From Eledone cirrhosa (Eukaryota): a stretch of 64,000 nucleotides of DNA. This document shows, in pieces, positions 15,897 through 28,435 of the stretch. The notes beneath the pieces are model-generated. The model worked only from the letters and a program-made list of their open reading frames with translations. It was not told the DNA's origin and searched no databases. A program made the position numbers and the translations under genes. Position 1 is the first letter of the stretch; each line of letters opens with the position of its first letter. The DNA lies in the NCBI GenBank assembly GCA_964016885.1, contig OZ024742.1, positions 18,848,001 to 18,912,000 on the forward strand, in the 5' to 3' direction.

Positions 15897-16194
15897 ATAC
15901 GCCGCCTTTGCTTTTCATACATATTCAATAAAATGAAGTAACATACAAGTACTTTAGTTGCCAGCAGATATTTTAACAAGCAATGGGCCTTGTATGTTAT
16001 AGTCGAGCCACAAATCCCTCAAATGATACATTAACACAATTTACTGCCTAGTAGAGGCCCAGCTCATAGAATTATCAGCAAGTATCGAAGAAAAAGTGGA
16101 AGTATTACTAAAAGCGGTGGTCGGGTCCCCTAAAGCTAAAAGGTATCGATAGACAAAAAGGGGGGGGGGGATACAGAGCGGCTTTGGGGGGAGA

Positions 16195-16340
16195 GGAGAA
16201 AAATCAATTGAATCGACCTCAGTGCATTACTGTTGCTTCATTTTATCGAACCCCAAAACTACACTCGGCGGGATTTGAACTCAGAACGTAAAGGGCCGTA
16301 ACTATATGCTGCAAAACATATTGTCTGACGCTCTACCGAT
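16195..16340 (-). mobile_element. tRNA-derived SINE, partial
   Basis: GGATTTGAACTC is the reverse complement of box B GAGTTCAAATCC; body matches other copies in the window. Confidence 0.8.
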
Positions 16341-16744
16341 ACAGCCAATCCAGCGTTCACCTACTTCTACTAACAATAGGTTTGTTCATTACTATAAGGG
16401 ACAAATTACAAAATGTTAACGATTTGCCTCGATTTTAAGAAGGTAAAAATACAAATCAAGAATATAGACCTACATGACAGGAAACGTGCGTCTCAAAAGA
16501 GGAACGGATGTAGAACCAAAGACCCCCACGAATCCAAAATTATCCGAACGTAAAGGGCCGTATCTCTATGCGCCAATGTTTTCTGTCCGACGCTCTACCG
16601 ATACTGCCAATCCAACGCCTTTAGACGAGAATACAATGATTTATAAATACAATGATTTATAAAGGAATTTTCTAGATTGGTAATAGTTAGAGAAGTATAT
16701 ATAGTAGGAGAAGAGAGAGAAGATATATACACGGGAGAGTCTAA

Positions 16745-17158
16745 TATTAATTGTTTCTACTTTTGGCACAAGGCCAGTAATTATTCCAGTGTATTACTGG
16801 TACATTATTTTATCGATCCCGTAAGGATGAAAGGCAAAGTTAACCCCGGCGAGATTTGAACTCGGATCGTAAAGGGGCGTAACTCTATGCTACAAAGCAT
16901 GGCGTCCTACACAAAACCAATACTGCCAATCCACCCACCTAGTCTAATAGTAATGATTGTTTCTACTTTAGGCACAAGGCCAGCAATTACCCAGTGCATT
17001 ACTGGTACTTTATTTTATCGACCCCGTAAGGATGAAAGGCAAAGTCAACCTCGGCGGGATTTGAACTCAGATCGTAAAGGGACGTAACTATGCTGGAAAG
17101 CATGGCGTCCGACCCTTTACCGATACTGCCAATCCACCTGCCAATACTGCCAATCCAC
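16745..17158 (-). mobile_element. Two tandem tRNA-derived SINE copies
   Basis: Two ~200-bp units, each TTTCTACTTT(T/A)GGCACAAGGCC...GGATGAAAGGCAAAGT...ATTTGAACTC...TACTGCCAATCCAC; box A and box B on the minus strand. Confidence 0.9.
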
Positions 17159-17188
17159 TAGTCTAATAGTAATGATATACTACTTTTA

Positions 17189-20100
17189 GTCTTAGTAAAG
17201 TTGGTATACTAGTTACTGTCTTGGTAAATATGGTATACTAGTTGTTGTCTTGGTAAAGTTAGTATACTAGTTGTTGTCTTAGTAAAGTTGGTATACTAGT
17301 TACTGTCTTGGTAAAGTTTGTATAATAGTTGCTGTCTTAGTAAAGTTGGTATACCAGTTGTTGTCTTAGTAAAGTTGTTATACTAGTTGTAGTCTTAGTA
17401 AAGTTGTTATACTAGTTGTAGTCTTATTAAAGTTGTTATACTAGTTACTATCTTGGTAAAGTTGGTATACCAGTTACTGTCTTGGTAAAGTTGGTATACT
17501 AGTTGTTGTCTTAGGAAAGTTGGTATACTATTTACTGTCTTGGTAAAGTTGCTATACTAGTTGGTGTCTTAGTAACATTGGTATACTAGTTGTTGTCTTA
17601 GTAATGTTAGTATACTAGTTGCTGTCTTAGTAATATTGGTGTACTAGTTGCTGTCTTAATAAAGTTAGTATACTAGTTACTGTCTTAGTAAAGTTGGTAC
17701 ACTAGTTACTGTCGTAATAAAGTGGGTATACTAGTTGTTGTCTTAGTACAGTTGGTATACTAGTTGTCTTAGTAAAGTTGGTATACTAGCTGTCGTCTTA
17801 GTAAAGTTGGTATACTATTTGTTGTCTTAGAAAGTTGGTATACTAGGTACTGTCTTAGTAATGTTGGAATACTAGTTTCTGTCTTAGTAAAGTTGGTATA
17901 CTAGTTGCTGTTTTAGTAAAGTTGGTATACTAGTTGCCTTAGTAAAGTTAGTATACTAGTTGCTGTCTTAGCAATGTTGCTATACTCGTTGTTGTCTTAG
18001 TAAAGTTGGTATACTAGTTGTTGTCTTAGTAAAGTTGGTATACTAGTTGCTGTCTCAGTAAAGTTGGTATACTAGTTGCTGTCTTAGTAACGTTGGTATA
18101 CTAGTTGTTTTAGTAAAGTTGGTATACTACTTGTTGTCTTAGTAAAGTTGGTATACTAGTTGTCTTAGTAAAGTTGTTATACTAGTTGTTGTCTTAGTAA
18201 AGTTGGTATACTAGTTGCCTTAGTAAAGTTGTTATACTCGTTGTTGTCTTAGTAAAGTTAGTATACTAGTTGTTGTCTTAGAAAGTTGATATATTAGTTG
18301 CTGTCTTAGTAAAGTTGATATACTAGTTACTGTCTTAGTAATTTGGTAGACTAGTTGCTGTCTTAGTAATGTTGGTATACTAGTTGCTGTCTTAGTAATG
18401 TTGGTATACTAGTTGTCTTAGTAAATTTGTTATACTAGTTGTTGTCTTAGTAAAGTTGTTATATTAGTTGTTGTCTTAGTAAAGTTGGTATACTAGTTGT
18501 TGTCTTAATAATATTGGTATACTAGTTGCTGTCTTAGTAAAGTTTGTATACTAATTGCTATCTTAGTAATGTTGGTATATTAGTTGCTGTCTTAGTAATG
18601 TTGGTATACTAGTTGTTGTCTGAGAAAGTTGGTATACTAGTTACTGTCTTAGTAATGTTGGTATACTAGTTGCTGTCTGAGTAATGGTGGTATACTAGTT
18701 GTAGTCTTAGTAAAGTTGGTATACGTGTAGTTGTCTTAGTAAAGTTGGTATACTAGTTGTCTTAGTAAAGTTGGTATACTAGTTGTTATCTTAGTAAAGT
18801 TGGTATACTAGTTGTCTGAGTAAAGTTGGTATACTAGTTGTTGTCTTAGTAAAGTTTTGTATACTAGTTACTGTCTTAGTAAAGTTGGTATACTAATTGT
18901 TGTCTTAGTAACGTTGGAATACTAGTTGTTGTCTTAGTAAAGTTGGTATACTAGTTGTCTTTGTAAAGTTGGTATACTAGTTGTTGTCTTAGTAAAGTGG
19001 TTATACTAGTTGATGTCTTATTAATGTTGTTATACTAGTTGTTATCTTAGTAAAGTTGGTATACTAGTTCTTGTCTTAGAAAGTTGGTATACTAGTTGCT
19101 GTCTTAGTAATATTGGTGTACTAGTTGCCGTCATAGTATTGTTGGTATACTAGTTGTTGTCTTAGTAAAGTTAGTATACTAGTTGTTGTCTTGGTAAAGT
19201 TGGTATACTAGTTGTTGTCTTAGTAAAGTTGGTATACTAGTTGCTGTCTTCGTAATGTTCGTATACTAGTTTCTGTTTTAGTAATGTTGGTATACTAGTT
19301 GTTGTCTTAGTAAAGTTAGTATACTAGTTCTTGTCTTGGTAAAGTTGGTATACTAGTTGTTGTCTTAGTAATGTTGGTATACTAGTTGTCTTAGAAAAGT
19401 TGGTATACTAGTTGCCTTTAGTAAAGTTAGTATACTAGTTGTTGTCTTAGTAAAGTTGGTATACATACTAATTGTTGTCTTAGTAACGTTGTTACACTAG
19501 TTGTTGTCTTAGTAAAGTTAGTATACTAGTTGTTGTGTTGGTAAAGATGGTATACTATTTGTTGTCTTAGTAATGTTGGTATCCTAGTTGTCTTAGTAAA
19601 GTTGGTATACTAGTTGCCTTTAGTAAAGTTAGTATACTAGTTGTTGTCTTAGTAAAGTTGGTATACTAATTGTTGTCTTAGTAACGTTGGTATACTAGTT
19701 GTTGTCTTAGTAAAGTTGGTATACTAGTTGTTGTCTTAGAAAGTTGGTATACTAGTTGTTGTCTTAGTAAAGTTGGTATACTAGTTGTTGTCTTAGAAAG
19801 TTGGTATACTAGTTGCTGTCTTAGTAATGTTGGTATACTAGTTGCCGTCTTAGTAATGTTGGTATACTAGTTGTAGTCTTAGTAAAGTTGGTATACTAGT
19901 TGTCTTAGTAAAGTTGGTATACTAGTTGTTGTCTTAGTAAAGTTAGTATACTAGTTGTTGTGTGGTAAAGTTGGTCTACTAGTTGTTGTCTTAGTAATGT
20001 TGGTATACTACTTGCTGTCTTAGTAAAGTTCGTATACTAGTTACTGATTAGTAAAGTTCGTATACTAGTTGCTGTCTTAGTAAAGTTGGTATACTAGTTG

Positions 20101-23100
20101 CTCTCTTAGTAATGTTGGTATATTAGTTGTCTTAGTAAAGTTGGTATACTAGTTGTTGTCTTAGTAAAGTTGGTATACTATTTGTTGTCTTAGAAAGTTG
20201 GTATACTAGGTACTGTCTTAGTAATGTTGGAATACTAGTTTCTGTCTTAGTAAAGTTGGTATACTAGTTGGTGTTTTAGTAAAGTTGGTATACTAGTTGC
20301 CTTAGTAAAGTTAGTATACTAGTTGCTGTCTTAGCAATGTTGCTATACTCGTTGTTGTCTTAGTAAAGTTGGTATACTAGTTGTTGTCTTAGTAAAGTTG
20401 GTATACTAGTTGCTGTCTCAGTAAAGTTGGTATACTAGTTGCTGTCTTAGTAACGTTGGTATACTAGTTGTTTTAGTAAAGTTGGTATACTACTTGTTGT
20501 CTTAGTAAAGTTGGTATACTAGTTGCTGTCTTGGTAAAGATGGTATACTAGTTGCTGTCTTAGTAAAGTTGCTATACTAGTTGTTGTCTTAGTAAAGTTG
20601 GTATACTAGTTGTCTTAGTAAAGTTGATATACTAGTTGTTGTCTTAGTAAAGTTAGTGTACTAGCTGTTGTGTTGGTAAAGTTGGTATACTATTTGTTGT
20701 CTTAGTAATGTTGGTATACTAGTTGTCTGAATAAAGTTGGTATACTAGTTGCCTTTAGTAAAGTTAGTATACTAGTTGTTGTCTTAGTAAAGTTGGTATA
20801 CTAATTGTTGTCTTAGTAAATTTGGTATACTAGTTGTTGTCATAGTAAAGTTGGTATACTAGTTGTTGTCTTAGTAATGTTGGTATACTATTTGCCGTCT
20901 TAGTAATGTTGGTATACTAGTTGTAGTCTTAGTAAAATTGGTATACTAGTTGTCTTAGTAAAGTTGATATACTAATTGTTGTCTTAGTAAAGTTGGTATA
21001 CTAGTTGTCTTAGTAAAGTTGGTATACTAGTTGTTGTCTTAGTAAAGTTGGTATACTAGCTGTCGTCTTAGTAAAGTTAGTATACTAGGTACTGTCTTAG
21101 TAATGTTGGTATACTAGTTGCTGTCTTAGTAAAGTTGGTATACTAGTTGCTGTCTTATTAATGTTGGTATACTAGTTGCCGTCTTAGTAATGTTGGTATA
21201 CTAGTTGTTGTCTTAGTAAAGTTGGCATACTAGTTGCCTTAGTAAAGTTGGTATACTAGTTGTTGTCTTAGTAAAGTTGGTATACTAGTTGCTGTCTTAG
21301 TAACGTTGGTATACTAGTTGTCTTAGTAATGTTGGTATACTAGTTGTTGTCTTAGAAAGTTGGTATACTAGGTACTGTCTTAGTAATGTTGGAATACTAG
21401 TTTCTGTCTTAGTAAAGTTGCTATACAAGTTGTTGTCTTAGTAAAGTTGCTATACTAGTTGTCTTAGTAAAGTTGGTATACTATTTGTTGTCTTAGAAAG
21501 TTGGTATACTAGGTACTGTCTTAGTAATGTTGGAATACTAGTTTCTGTCTTAGTAATGTTGGAATACTAGTTTCTGTCTTAGTACAGTTGGTATACTAGT
21601 TGCTGTTTTAGTAAAGTTGGTATACTAGTTGCCTTAGTAAAGTTAGTATACTAGTTGCTGTCTTAGTAGTGTTGCTATACTCGTTGTTGTCTTAGTAAAG
21701 TTGGTATACTAGTTGTTGTCTTAGTAAATTTGGTATACTAGTTGCTGTCTTAGTAACGTTGGTATACTAGTTGTTTTAGTAAACTTGGTATAATACTTGT
21801 TGTCTTAGTAAAGTTGGTATACTAGTTGCTGTCTTGGTAAAGTTGGTATACTAGTTGCTGTCTTAGTAAAGTTGCTATACTAGTTGTTGTCTTAGTAAAG
21901 TTGGTGTACTAGTTGTCTTAGTAAAGTTGATATACTAGTTGTTGTCTTAGTAAAGTTGCTATACTAGTTGTTGTCTTAGTAATGTTGGTATACTAGTTGT
22001 TGTCTTAGTAAAGTTGGTATACTAGTTGTTGTCTTAGTAATGATGGTATACTAGTTGCTGTCTTAGTAACGTTGGTATACTAGTTGTCTTAGTAAAGTTG
22101 GTATACTAGTTGTTGTCTTAGTAAAGTTGGTATACTAGTAGCTGTCTTAGTAACGTTGGTATATTTGTTGTCTTAGTAAAGTTGGTATACTAGTTGCTGT
22201 CTTAGTAAAGTTGCTATACTAGTTGTTGTCTTAGTAAAGTTGATATACTAGTTGTCTTAGTAAAGTTGGTATACTAGTTGTTGTCTTAGTAGAGTTGGTA
22301 TACTAGTTGTCCTAGTAGTGTTGGTATGTTAGTTGCTGTCTTAGTAATGTTGCTATACTCGTTGTTGTCTTAGTAAAGTTGGTATACTAGTTGTTGTCTT
22401 AGTAAGGTTAGTATACTAGTTGTTGTCTTAGTAATGATTGTACACTAGTTGTAGTCTTAGTAAAGTTGGTATACTAGTTGTCTTAGTAAAGTTGGTATAC
22501 TAGTTGTAGTCTTAGTAAAGTTGGTATACTAGTTGTCTTAGTAAAGTTGGTATACTAGTTGTTGTCTTAGTAAAATTCGTATACTAGCTGTCGTCTTAGT
22601 AAAGTTGGTGTACTAGTTGCTGTGTTAGTAAAGTTGGTATACTAGTTGCTGTTTTAGTAAAGTTGCTATACTAGTTGCTGTCTTATTAATGTTGGTATAC
22701 TAGTTGCCGTCTTAGCAATGTTGGTATACTAGTTGTTGTCTTAGTAAAATTAGTATACTAGTTGATGTCTTAGTAATGTTGGTATACTAGTTGTTGTCTT
22801 AGTAAAGTTGGTACACTAGTTGCCTTAGTAAAGTTAGTATACTAGTTGCTGTCTTAGTAATGTTGCTATACGCGTTGTTGTATTAGTAAAGTTGGCATAC
22901 TAGTTGTTGTCTTAGTAAAGTTGGCATACTAGTTGTTGTCTTAGTAAAGTTGGCATACTAGTTGTTGTCTTAGTAAAGTTGGTATACTAGTTGTTGTCTT
23001 AGTAATGTTAGTATACTAGTTGTTGTCTTAGTAATGATGGTATACTAGTTGCTGTCTTAGTAGTGTTGGTATACTAGTTGCTGTCTTAGTAACGTTGGTA

Positions 23101-24082
23101 TACTAGTTGTCTTAGTAAAGTTGGTATACTAGTTGTTGTCTTAGTAAAGTTGGTATACTAGTTGCTGTCTTAGTAACGTTGGTATATTTGTTGTCTTAGT
23201 AAAGTTGGTATACTAGTTGCTGTCTTGGTAAAGTTGGTATACTAGTTGTTGTCTTAGTAAAGTTGGTATACTAGTTGCTGTCTTAGTAAAGTTGGTATAC
23301 TAGTTGCTGTCTTAGTAACGTTGGTATACTAGTTGTCTTAGTAAAGTTGGTATACTAGTTGTTGTCTTAGTAAAGTTGGTATACTAGTTGCTGTCTTAGT
23401 AACGTTGGTATATTAGTTGTCTTAGTAAAGTTGGTATACTAGTTGCTGTCTTGGTAAAGTTGGTATACTAGTTGCTGTCTTAGTAAAGTTGCTATACTAG
23501 TTGTTGTCTTAGTAAAGTTGGTATACTAGTTGTCTTAGTAAAGTTGGTATACTAGTTGTTGTCTTAGTAGAGTTGGTATACTAGTTCTCTTAGTAAAGTT
23601 TGTATACTAGTTGCTGTCTTAGTAATGTTGCTATACTCGTTGTTGTCTTAGTAAAGTTGGTATACTAGTTGTTGTCTTAGTAAGGTTGGTATACTAGGTG
23701 TTGTCTTAGTAATGATTGTATACTAGTTGCCGTCTTAGTAGTGTTGGTATACTAGTTGCTGTCTTAGTAACGTTGGTATACTAGTTCTCTTAGTAAAGTT
23801 GGTATACTAGTTTTCTGTCTTAGTAAAGTTGCTATACTAGTTGTTGTCTTAGTATAGTTGGTATACTAGTTGTCTTAGTAAAGTTGGTATACTAGTTGTT
23901 GTCTTAGTACAGTTGGTATACTAGTTGCTGTCTTAGCAAAGTTGGTATACTAGTTGGTGTCTTAGAAAGTTGGTATACTAGTTGTCTTAGTAAAGTTGGT
24001 ATACTAGTTGTCTTAGTAAAGTTGGTATACTAGTTGCTGTCTTAGAAAGTTGGTATACTAGTTGCTGTCTTGGTAAAGTTGG
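17189..24082. repeat. 29/26-bp satellite (consensus GTCTTAGTAAAGTTGGTATACTAGTTGTT), about 240 copies
   Basis: Tandem monomers with frequent loss of one GTT; more divergent than the first satellite. Confidence 0.98.
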
Positions 24083-24164
24083 ATTACCTCAGATTGGTTT
24101 CTTTTTTTGGAAAAGGTCAAGAACTTGTATGTGATTGTATATCTGCGTGTCTGTTTGTTTGTCA

Positions 24165-24415
24165 GTTCATATGTACTTACTGTATGTATGTACGTGTGGT
24201 GTGTGTGTATGTACGTACATATGTATGAAGGTATGTGTGTGTGCACGTATGTGTGTGTGTGTGTACGTATGTGTGCGTATGTATGTGTATATATCATTAT
24301 GTATGTATGCAGGTATGTATGTGAGTATTATGTATGTATATATGTATGTATGTGTGTACGTGTATGTGTGTGTGTGTTTGTATATATATATTTGTATATA
24401 TGTCTATATATACGC
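24165..24415. repeat. (TG/TA/TATG)n compound microsatellite
   Basis: Direct inspection. Confidence 0.9.
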
Positions 24416-24677
24416 ATGTCTTGTTGCGTCGCCAGTAATGTGTAATCAGATCCTTCGCCATCTTAGCGGCTTATACATTTTTGGCGCTGGAGCAGAAATG
24501 CTGCGTTGTTTCTAGAAACTCAAAATAAATATTTATTTCGACCTAAAGAGTAAAAAAGAAAAACCGGGAAATAGAAACAAATAAAAACGGGACAAGTTTA
24601 AAGACAAAGGTGAACCAGCAACAGTAAAATGAAATATTTGTCAGGAATTATATTAAAAATATGTTAACCACCAAGTA

Positions 24678-25035
24678 AGAGGACAGGAAGATAAACATAT
24701 ATTGGGGGTTGCCCGACCCCTTCATTTTGTACTGGTCGCCGTCGAGACCTCATGCGTCCTCGGACCCTGAACTGCTGCACTCCTCCGCAAGATCGGAACG
24801 TCAGTAACCCGTCTGAAGATGGAGCCACGCGAAGTGGGGTGGCTGTTACAACGGGTGTCCCTGGCCATTGTTCGCAGAAATGCTTTTGCAGTTTTCTCCG
24901 CGAGGAGCAGCTCCAACATCACCGCGCCCTAGGCCCAGAGCCCACCACTCTATCTCGTTCCTACACCTTTTCTTCTGTGGCCCTAAAGTCCTTGCTTTTC
25001 CCCTCCTTTTGCTCTCATTTCATGTAATAAATCTC
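24678..25035 (+). mobile_element. 3' fragment of a CRE-clade-like non-LTR retrotransposon (restriction-like endonuclease C-terminus), pseudogenised
   Basis: Manual translation EDRKINIY..L...HFVLVAVETSCVLGP*TAALLRKIG...EPREVGWLLQRVSLAIVRRNAFAVF matches the F.P.A.ET.G..G...WL.QR.S.A..RGNA signature; internal stop; AATAAA follows. Confidence 0.75.
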
Positions 25036-26077
25036 ACTTTGTTGAAAAGTCATGAAATTGTTCTTGTGGAACATATAATTAGATGTAGACTTTCTATTGC
25101 GTCATAGGGTAAAAATATATTTAAAGAAACACGAAAGATTTATGAATTTTGTGAATCGATTGATCAGAGTTGGGTAAGCAGAAATCCACCACAACCAACA
25201 AAGACCATAGGCAGTTTTTTATTTGGGAAATATTGGGAAATAAATCTATCTATAAGGAAATATAAGGGGAAATTACCTGGAAATAATTTCAACTATATAG
25301 ATTAAATGTTTACTATTCTATTGTATATTAATTCTTCTCTGTTAGTGATTAACGGAAATTTATGATTTTAGAACTTATTAATAATGTATTTCATTGATGG
25401 CCTTGTGCCAAAAGTAGAAACAATATCATACTGATTCTCTACTGCCATTATCCTGCCTCTACAGCTAGACATCCTGACTAATGCCACCACCCTCTCTCTA
25501 CTGCCACTACACTGTAACTACGTCTATCAAACCGTATAACACAAACACACAGCTTTAGTAAATTTTTCTATACAAGTTCCATATTGTGTGATACATCTAT
25601 GTTATACGTCTCAGCATGTTTCCAAACCTGATGGGATTGTTTTCTAAAGTATATTGACTTTTATTTCTTTTATTTCCTTCGGGAAATCTATAAAATATAC
25701 CAATAGACATTCCTACAACCGTAACCTCCTACACCAGTTGACTTTGTTATGTTCAACCTCTCTTTCGTTGCCATCAACATAATTCTCGCCATTACCACCA
25801 CATCGTTATCGATATCATCAACGCCATCTTCATTATTGCTTAGAACTACAGCTATTAACTAAAGCAAACACTATTATTTTGATGGGAATATTTAGGATGT
25901 ATTAAAATGGTGCTTAGGTGATACCCACAGAATTAAATTTCTTATCCATAGAAAATTCTAAATATGTGTAATAGGTTTGAACGTAAGACTTGTAACTTAA
26001 TTCCCTAAAAATTAACCTGTTCGCCTTAAAAGGATAAAATGTGGTCTTCCGAGAATCCTAATGTATCAGCTCGTTTT

Positions 26078-26270
26078 TTTTCTTCTTCTTCCTCGTCTTC
26101 ACCCACTTATTCCCGGGAGGGTTGTGGGGACAGAATCTTCAAACACTCCTTCCAGGGGTCCTGTCAGAAGCAACCGTCTCCACCTGCCAAGCTCATGAAT
26201 GTTAACCAACCATCTTGGTCGGGATCTAGCCCTGGGTCTCCTGCCGGTTGGTTTTGCCCGTAAAATTCGA
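26078..26270 (-). mobile_element. 3' end of an RTE-clade LINE with (GAA)n tail
   Basis: Minus-strand ILRAKPTGRRPRARSRPRW (G.RPRGRP..RW motif); homologous copies at 50.3, 53.2 and 56.4 kb. Confidence 0.75.
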
Positions 26271-26404
26271 CCCCGGTAATGGGCTGGTACGTTGACATCA
26301 GTCTGATTTGACATCAGACAAGGCAGAGAGCCGGAACGGACACAGAAACGCATTCAATCCGACTTTCTAACCACTCGGACAATTCAACGCCTATAGTTAC
26401 ATCT

Positions 26405-27930
26405 CGGCACGTGGAGGGGCAGATCGATGCCCTCCGATGGCGTCGTCGGGCGCTGGACGGAGGGCCCGGTGAAGTTGCTCGGGGTCTGGTTCGGACCAGA
26501 CCTCCAGGTGGAGAAGAACTGGGGTGAGGTGACGAACAGAGTGTTTGCACTGACCCAGAAGTGGGCCGAGTGCAAACTGTCCCTGAAAGGACGGGCGGAG
26601 GTGGCGAACACTTATATAGCGTCCGTCATCTACTACCGCCTGACCGTTGTGCCTTGCCCAAGGGAAACGCTCGCCAAAATGGAGCGCGCACTCTTCCAAT
26701 TCCTTTGGAAGAAGCGGGCTCCTATGGTGAGGAGATCCATCTGCTGTCAACACCCTTCGAAAGGAGGGCTGGGGATGCCGTGGCTAATGATACGTAAACA
26801 CGCATTAAGGCTACGGCACCTTCAGGTATTCCTCTCTGGTCAACCGGTGTGGGCCCCGTTTGTGAGGCGAGCCTTTCCCAGACTCGTCTCACTCACCGAG
26901 CTGCAATCCTGGGTCAAGCAAAGACCGAGAAAACTGGGCGCCTGGCACACCGAGTGTGCCCAGGCACTCACGGCTCTCTGGCAGGCGGACCCGGCTGTCA
27001 GTGGAGAATCCACCTCGTCATTCTATAGAGGGCTGGTGGTTAGCAGGTGCGACGACGCCCTCGGAGAAGCCCTAGACATGGAGGAAGACGAACTGGCCAA
27101 CCTGTTCGGTAGGACATTCAACCCGGGACCCATGGATAACTTCCAGAGGTCCCTGGCCTGGCAATGCTACAGAAGGGCTCTGCCCGTTCGAGAAAGGCTC
27201 TACAGACACGGGCGCCCGGGTAGGGACCCATCGAAAAAGATCTGTCCCAGATGCGTGTGCGACGAGGAAACCGTTGCACACGCATTGGTACACTGCTCGG
27301 GCATTGCCGATCTGTGGGGTTATGTCGAACAACTGCTGTCAAGGGTGGGACCAATCCGGTTGACCACCGAGTCTATTGTAACGATCAAGCCGCCTCCCCT
27401 CTTCAAAAACGAAGGAGAGGCGGTGTTTCTGTGCGTAATAGCCATGGCGAAAGAGGTTGTATGGTGGACGCGTCTGAAAGGACTGAGGTCAGACACCTTT
27501 CTCTCTGGCCAACAACTGGTCCGTTTCTTCCGATATCATTTCGGAAGAAGGATCAGGATGGAGAGAGAGGTGCTGCACCCCAGCCGTTTCTATGAAAGAT
27601 GGGTGAAAGTGGCGAGAATGGCCCGTGTGAATGGGCCTTCACTCTACATCAGACTATAGGTGAGGAAGATGAAAGACCAAGGGAGCACCCCTTCTCTGTG
27701 CTCCTGAGGAGAAGGGTTGCACACTTTTTTCGGGGGTGTGTGCCCCCCCCCCCCCCCCAGGCGCCTCCTCTCTATTCAGGACTTTGTTATAAATTTTATT
27801 TTTTGTTATATTTTATTTTATTTTTATATATTGTTATTGCCTCCTCCTTATTGAGGACGCCTTGTTTTGTAAACTCCCCCCATTGTACTTGTCCCACTTT
27901 TGATGCCCTGGTGGCAAATAAAAGAAACAT
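26405..27930 (+). mobile_element. 5'-truncated Tx1/L1-group LINE including 3' UTR
   Basis: GC-rich block with an intact ORF2 C-terminal part, T-rich 3' UTR and AATAAA at about 27917. Confidence 0.9.
26427..27659 (+). CDS. Tx1/L1-type ORF2 C-terminal part (post-RT region and CCHC zinc-binding motif)
   Basis: Motifs KLLGVWF, LSLKGR, FLW, GGLG and CPRC...EETVAHALVHC; the frame continues upstream of the ATG (LGTWRG), so it is a truncated ORF. Confidence 0.88.
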   Translation: MPSDGVVGRWTEGPVKLLGVWFGPDLQVEKNWGEVTNRVFALTQKWAECKLSLKGRAEVANTYIASVIYYRLTVVPCPRETLAKMERALFQFLWKKRAPMVRRSICCQHPSKGGLGMPWLMIRKHALRLRHLQVFLSGQPVWAPFVRRAFPRLVSLTELQSWVKQRPRKLGAWHTECAQALTALWQADPAVSGESTSSFYRGLVVSRCDDALGEALDMEEDELANLFGRTFNPGPMDNFQRSLAWQCYRRALPVRERLYRHGRPGRDPSKKICPRCVCDEETVAHALVHCSGIADLWGYVEQLLSRVGPIRLTTESIVTIKPPPLFKNEGEAVFLCVIAMAKEVVWWTRLKGLRSDTFLSGQQLVRFFRYHFGRRIRMEREVLHPSRFYERWVKVARMARVNGPSLYIRL

Positions 27931-28250
27931 ATCTATCTATATATTACTAAAAGTCTGTGATTGCTTGCTTGCTTGTCTCTAATGTAATACAGCCAAAGGG
28001 ACACATAATGGGAAAATAGTTTGAAAGGAAATTGCCCATGAAATGGGAATACGAATGGAATAAAACAAGTTTCGTGTAAATCGGACGACGGGTTCCCGAG
28101 ATATGGGGTTTTCTGGGTACCTTGATAAACAAAGAGAGATAAAGATAGAAAGGAAGAGATAGTGGTTGTGACAGTAGATTGAAAGAGAAACATAGAGACA
28201 GAGAGAGAGGAGACAGTGAAGGAGAATGGTAGAGAGCTGGTAGTGTTGTG

Positions 28251-28282
<32 letters not shown>

Positions 28283-28435
28283 TGAGTGTGTGTGTATATA
28301 TATGTGTGTGTGTGTGTATATGTGTGTGTGTATGAGTGTGTGTGTCTATCACCAGTGTATATAGATCACAGACACCCACATGTATATATATACACACACA
28401 CATACACACATACACACAAATATATATATATATAT

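Noticed and set aside
1-24082. CRISPR-like 29-bp repeats
   Set aside because: Monomers are head-to-tail with no unique spacers, no cas genes are present, and the context is eukaryotic
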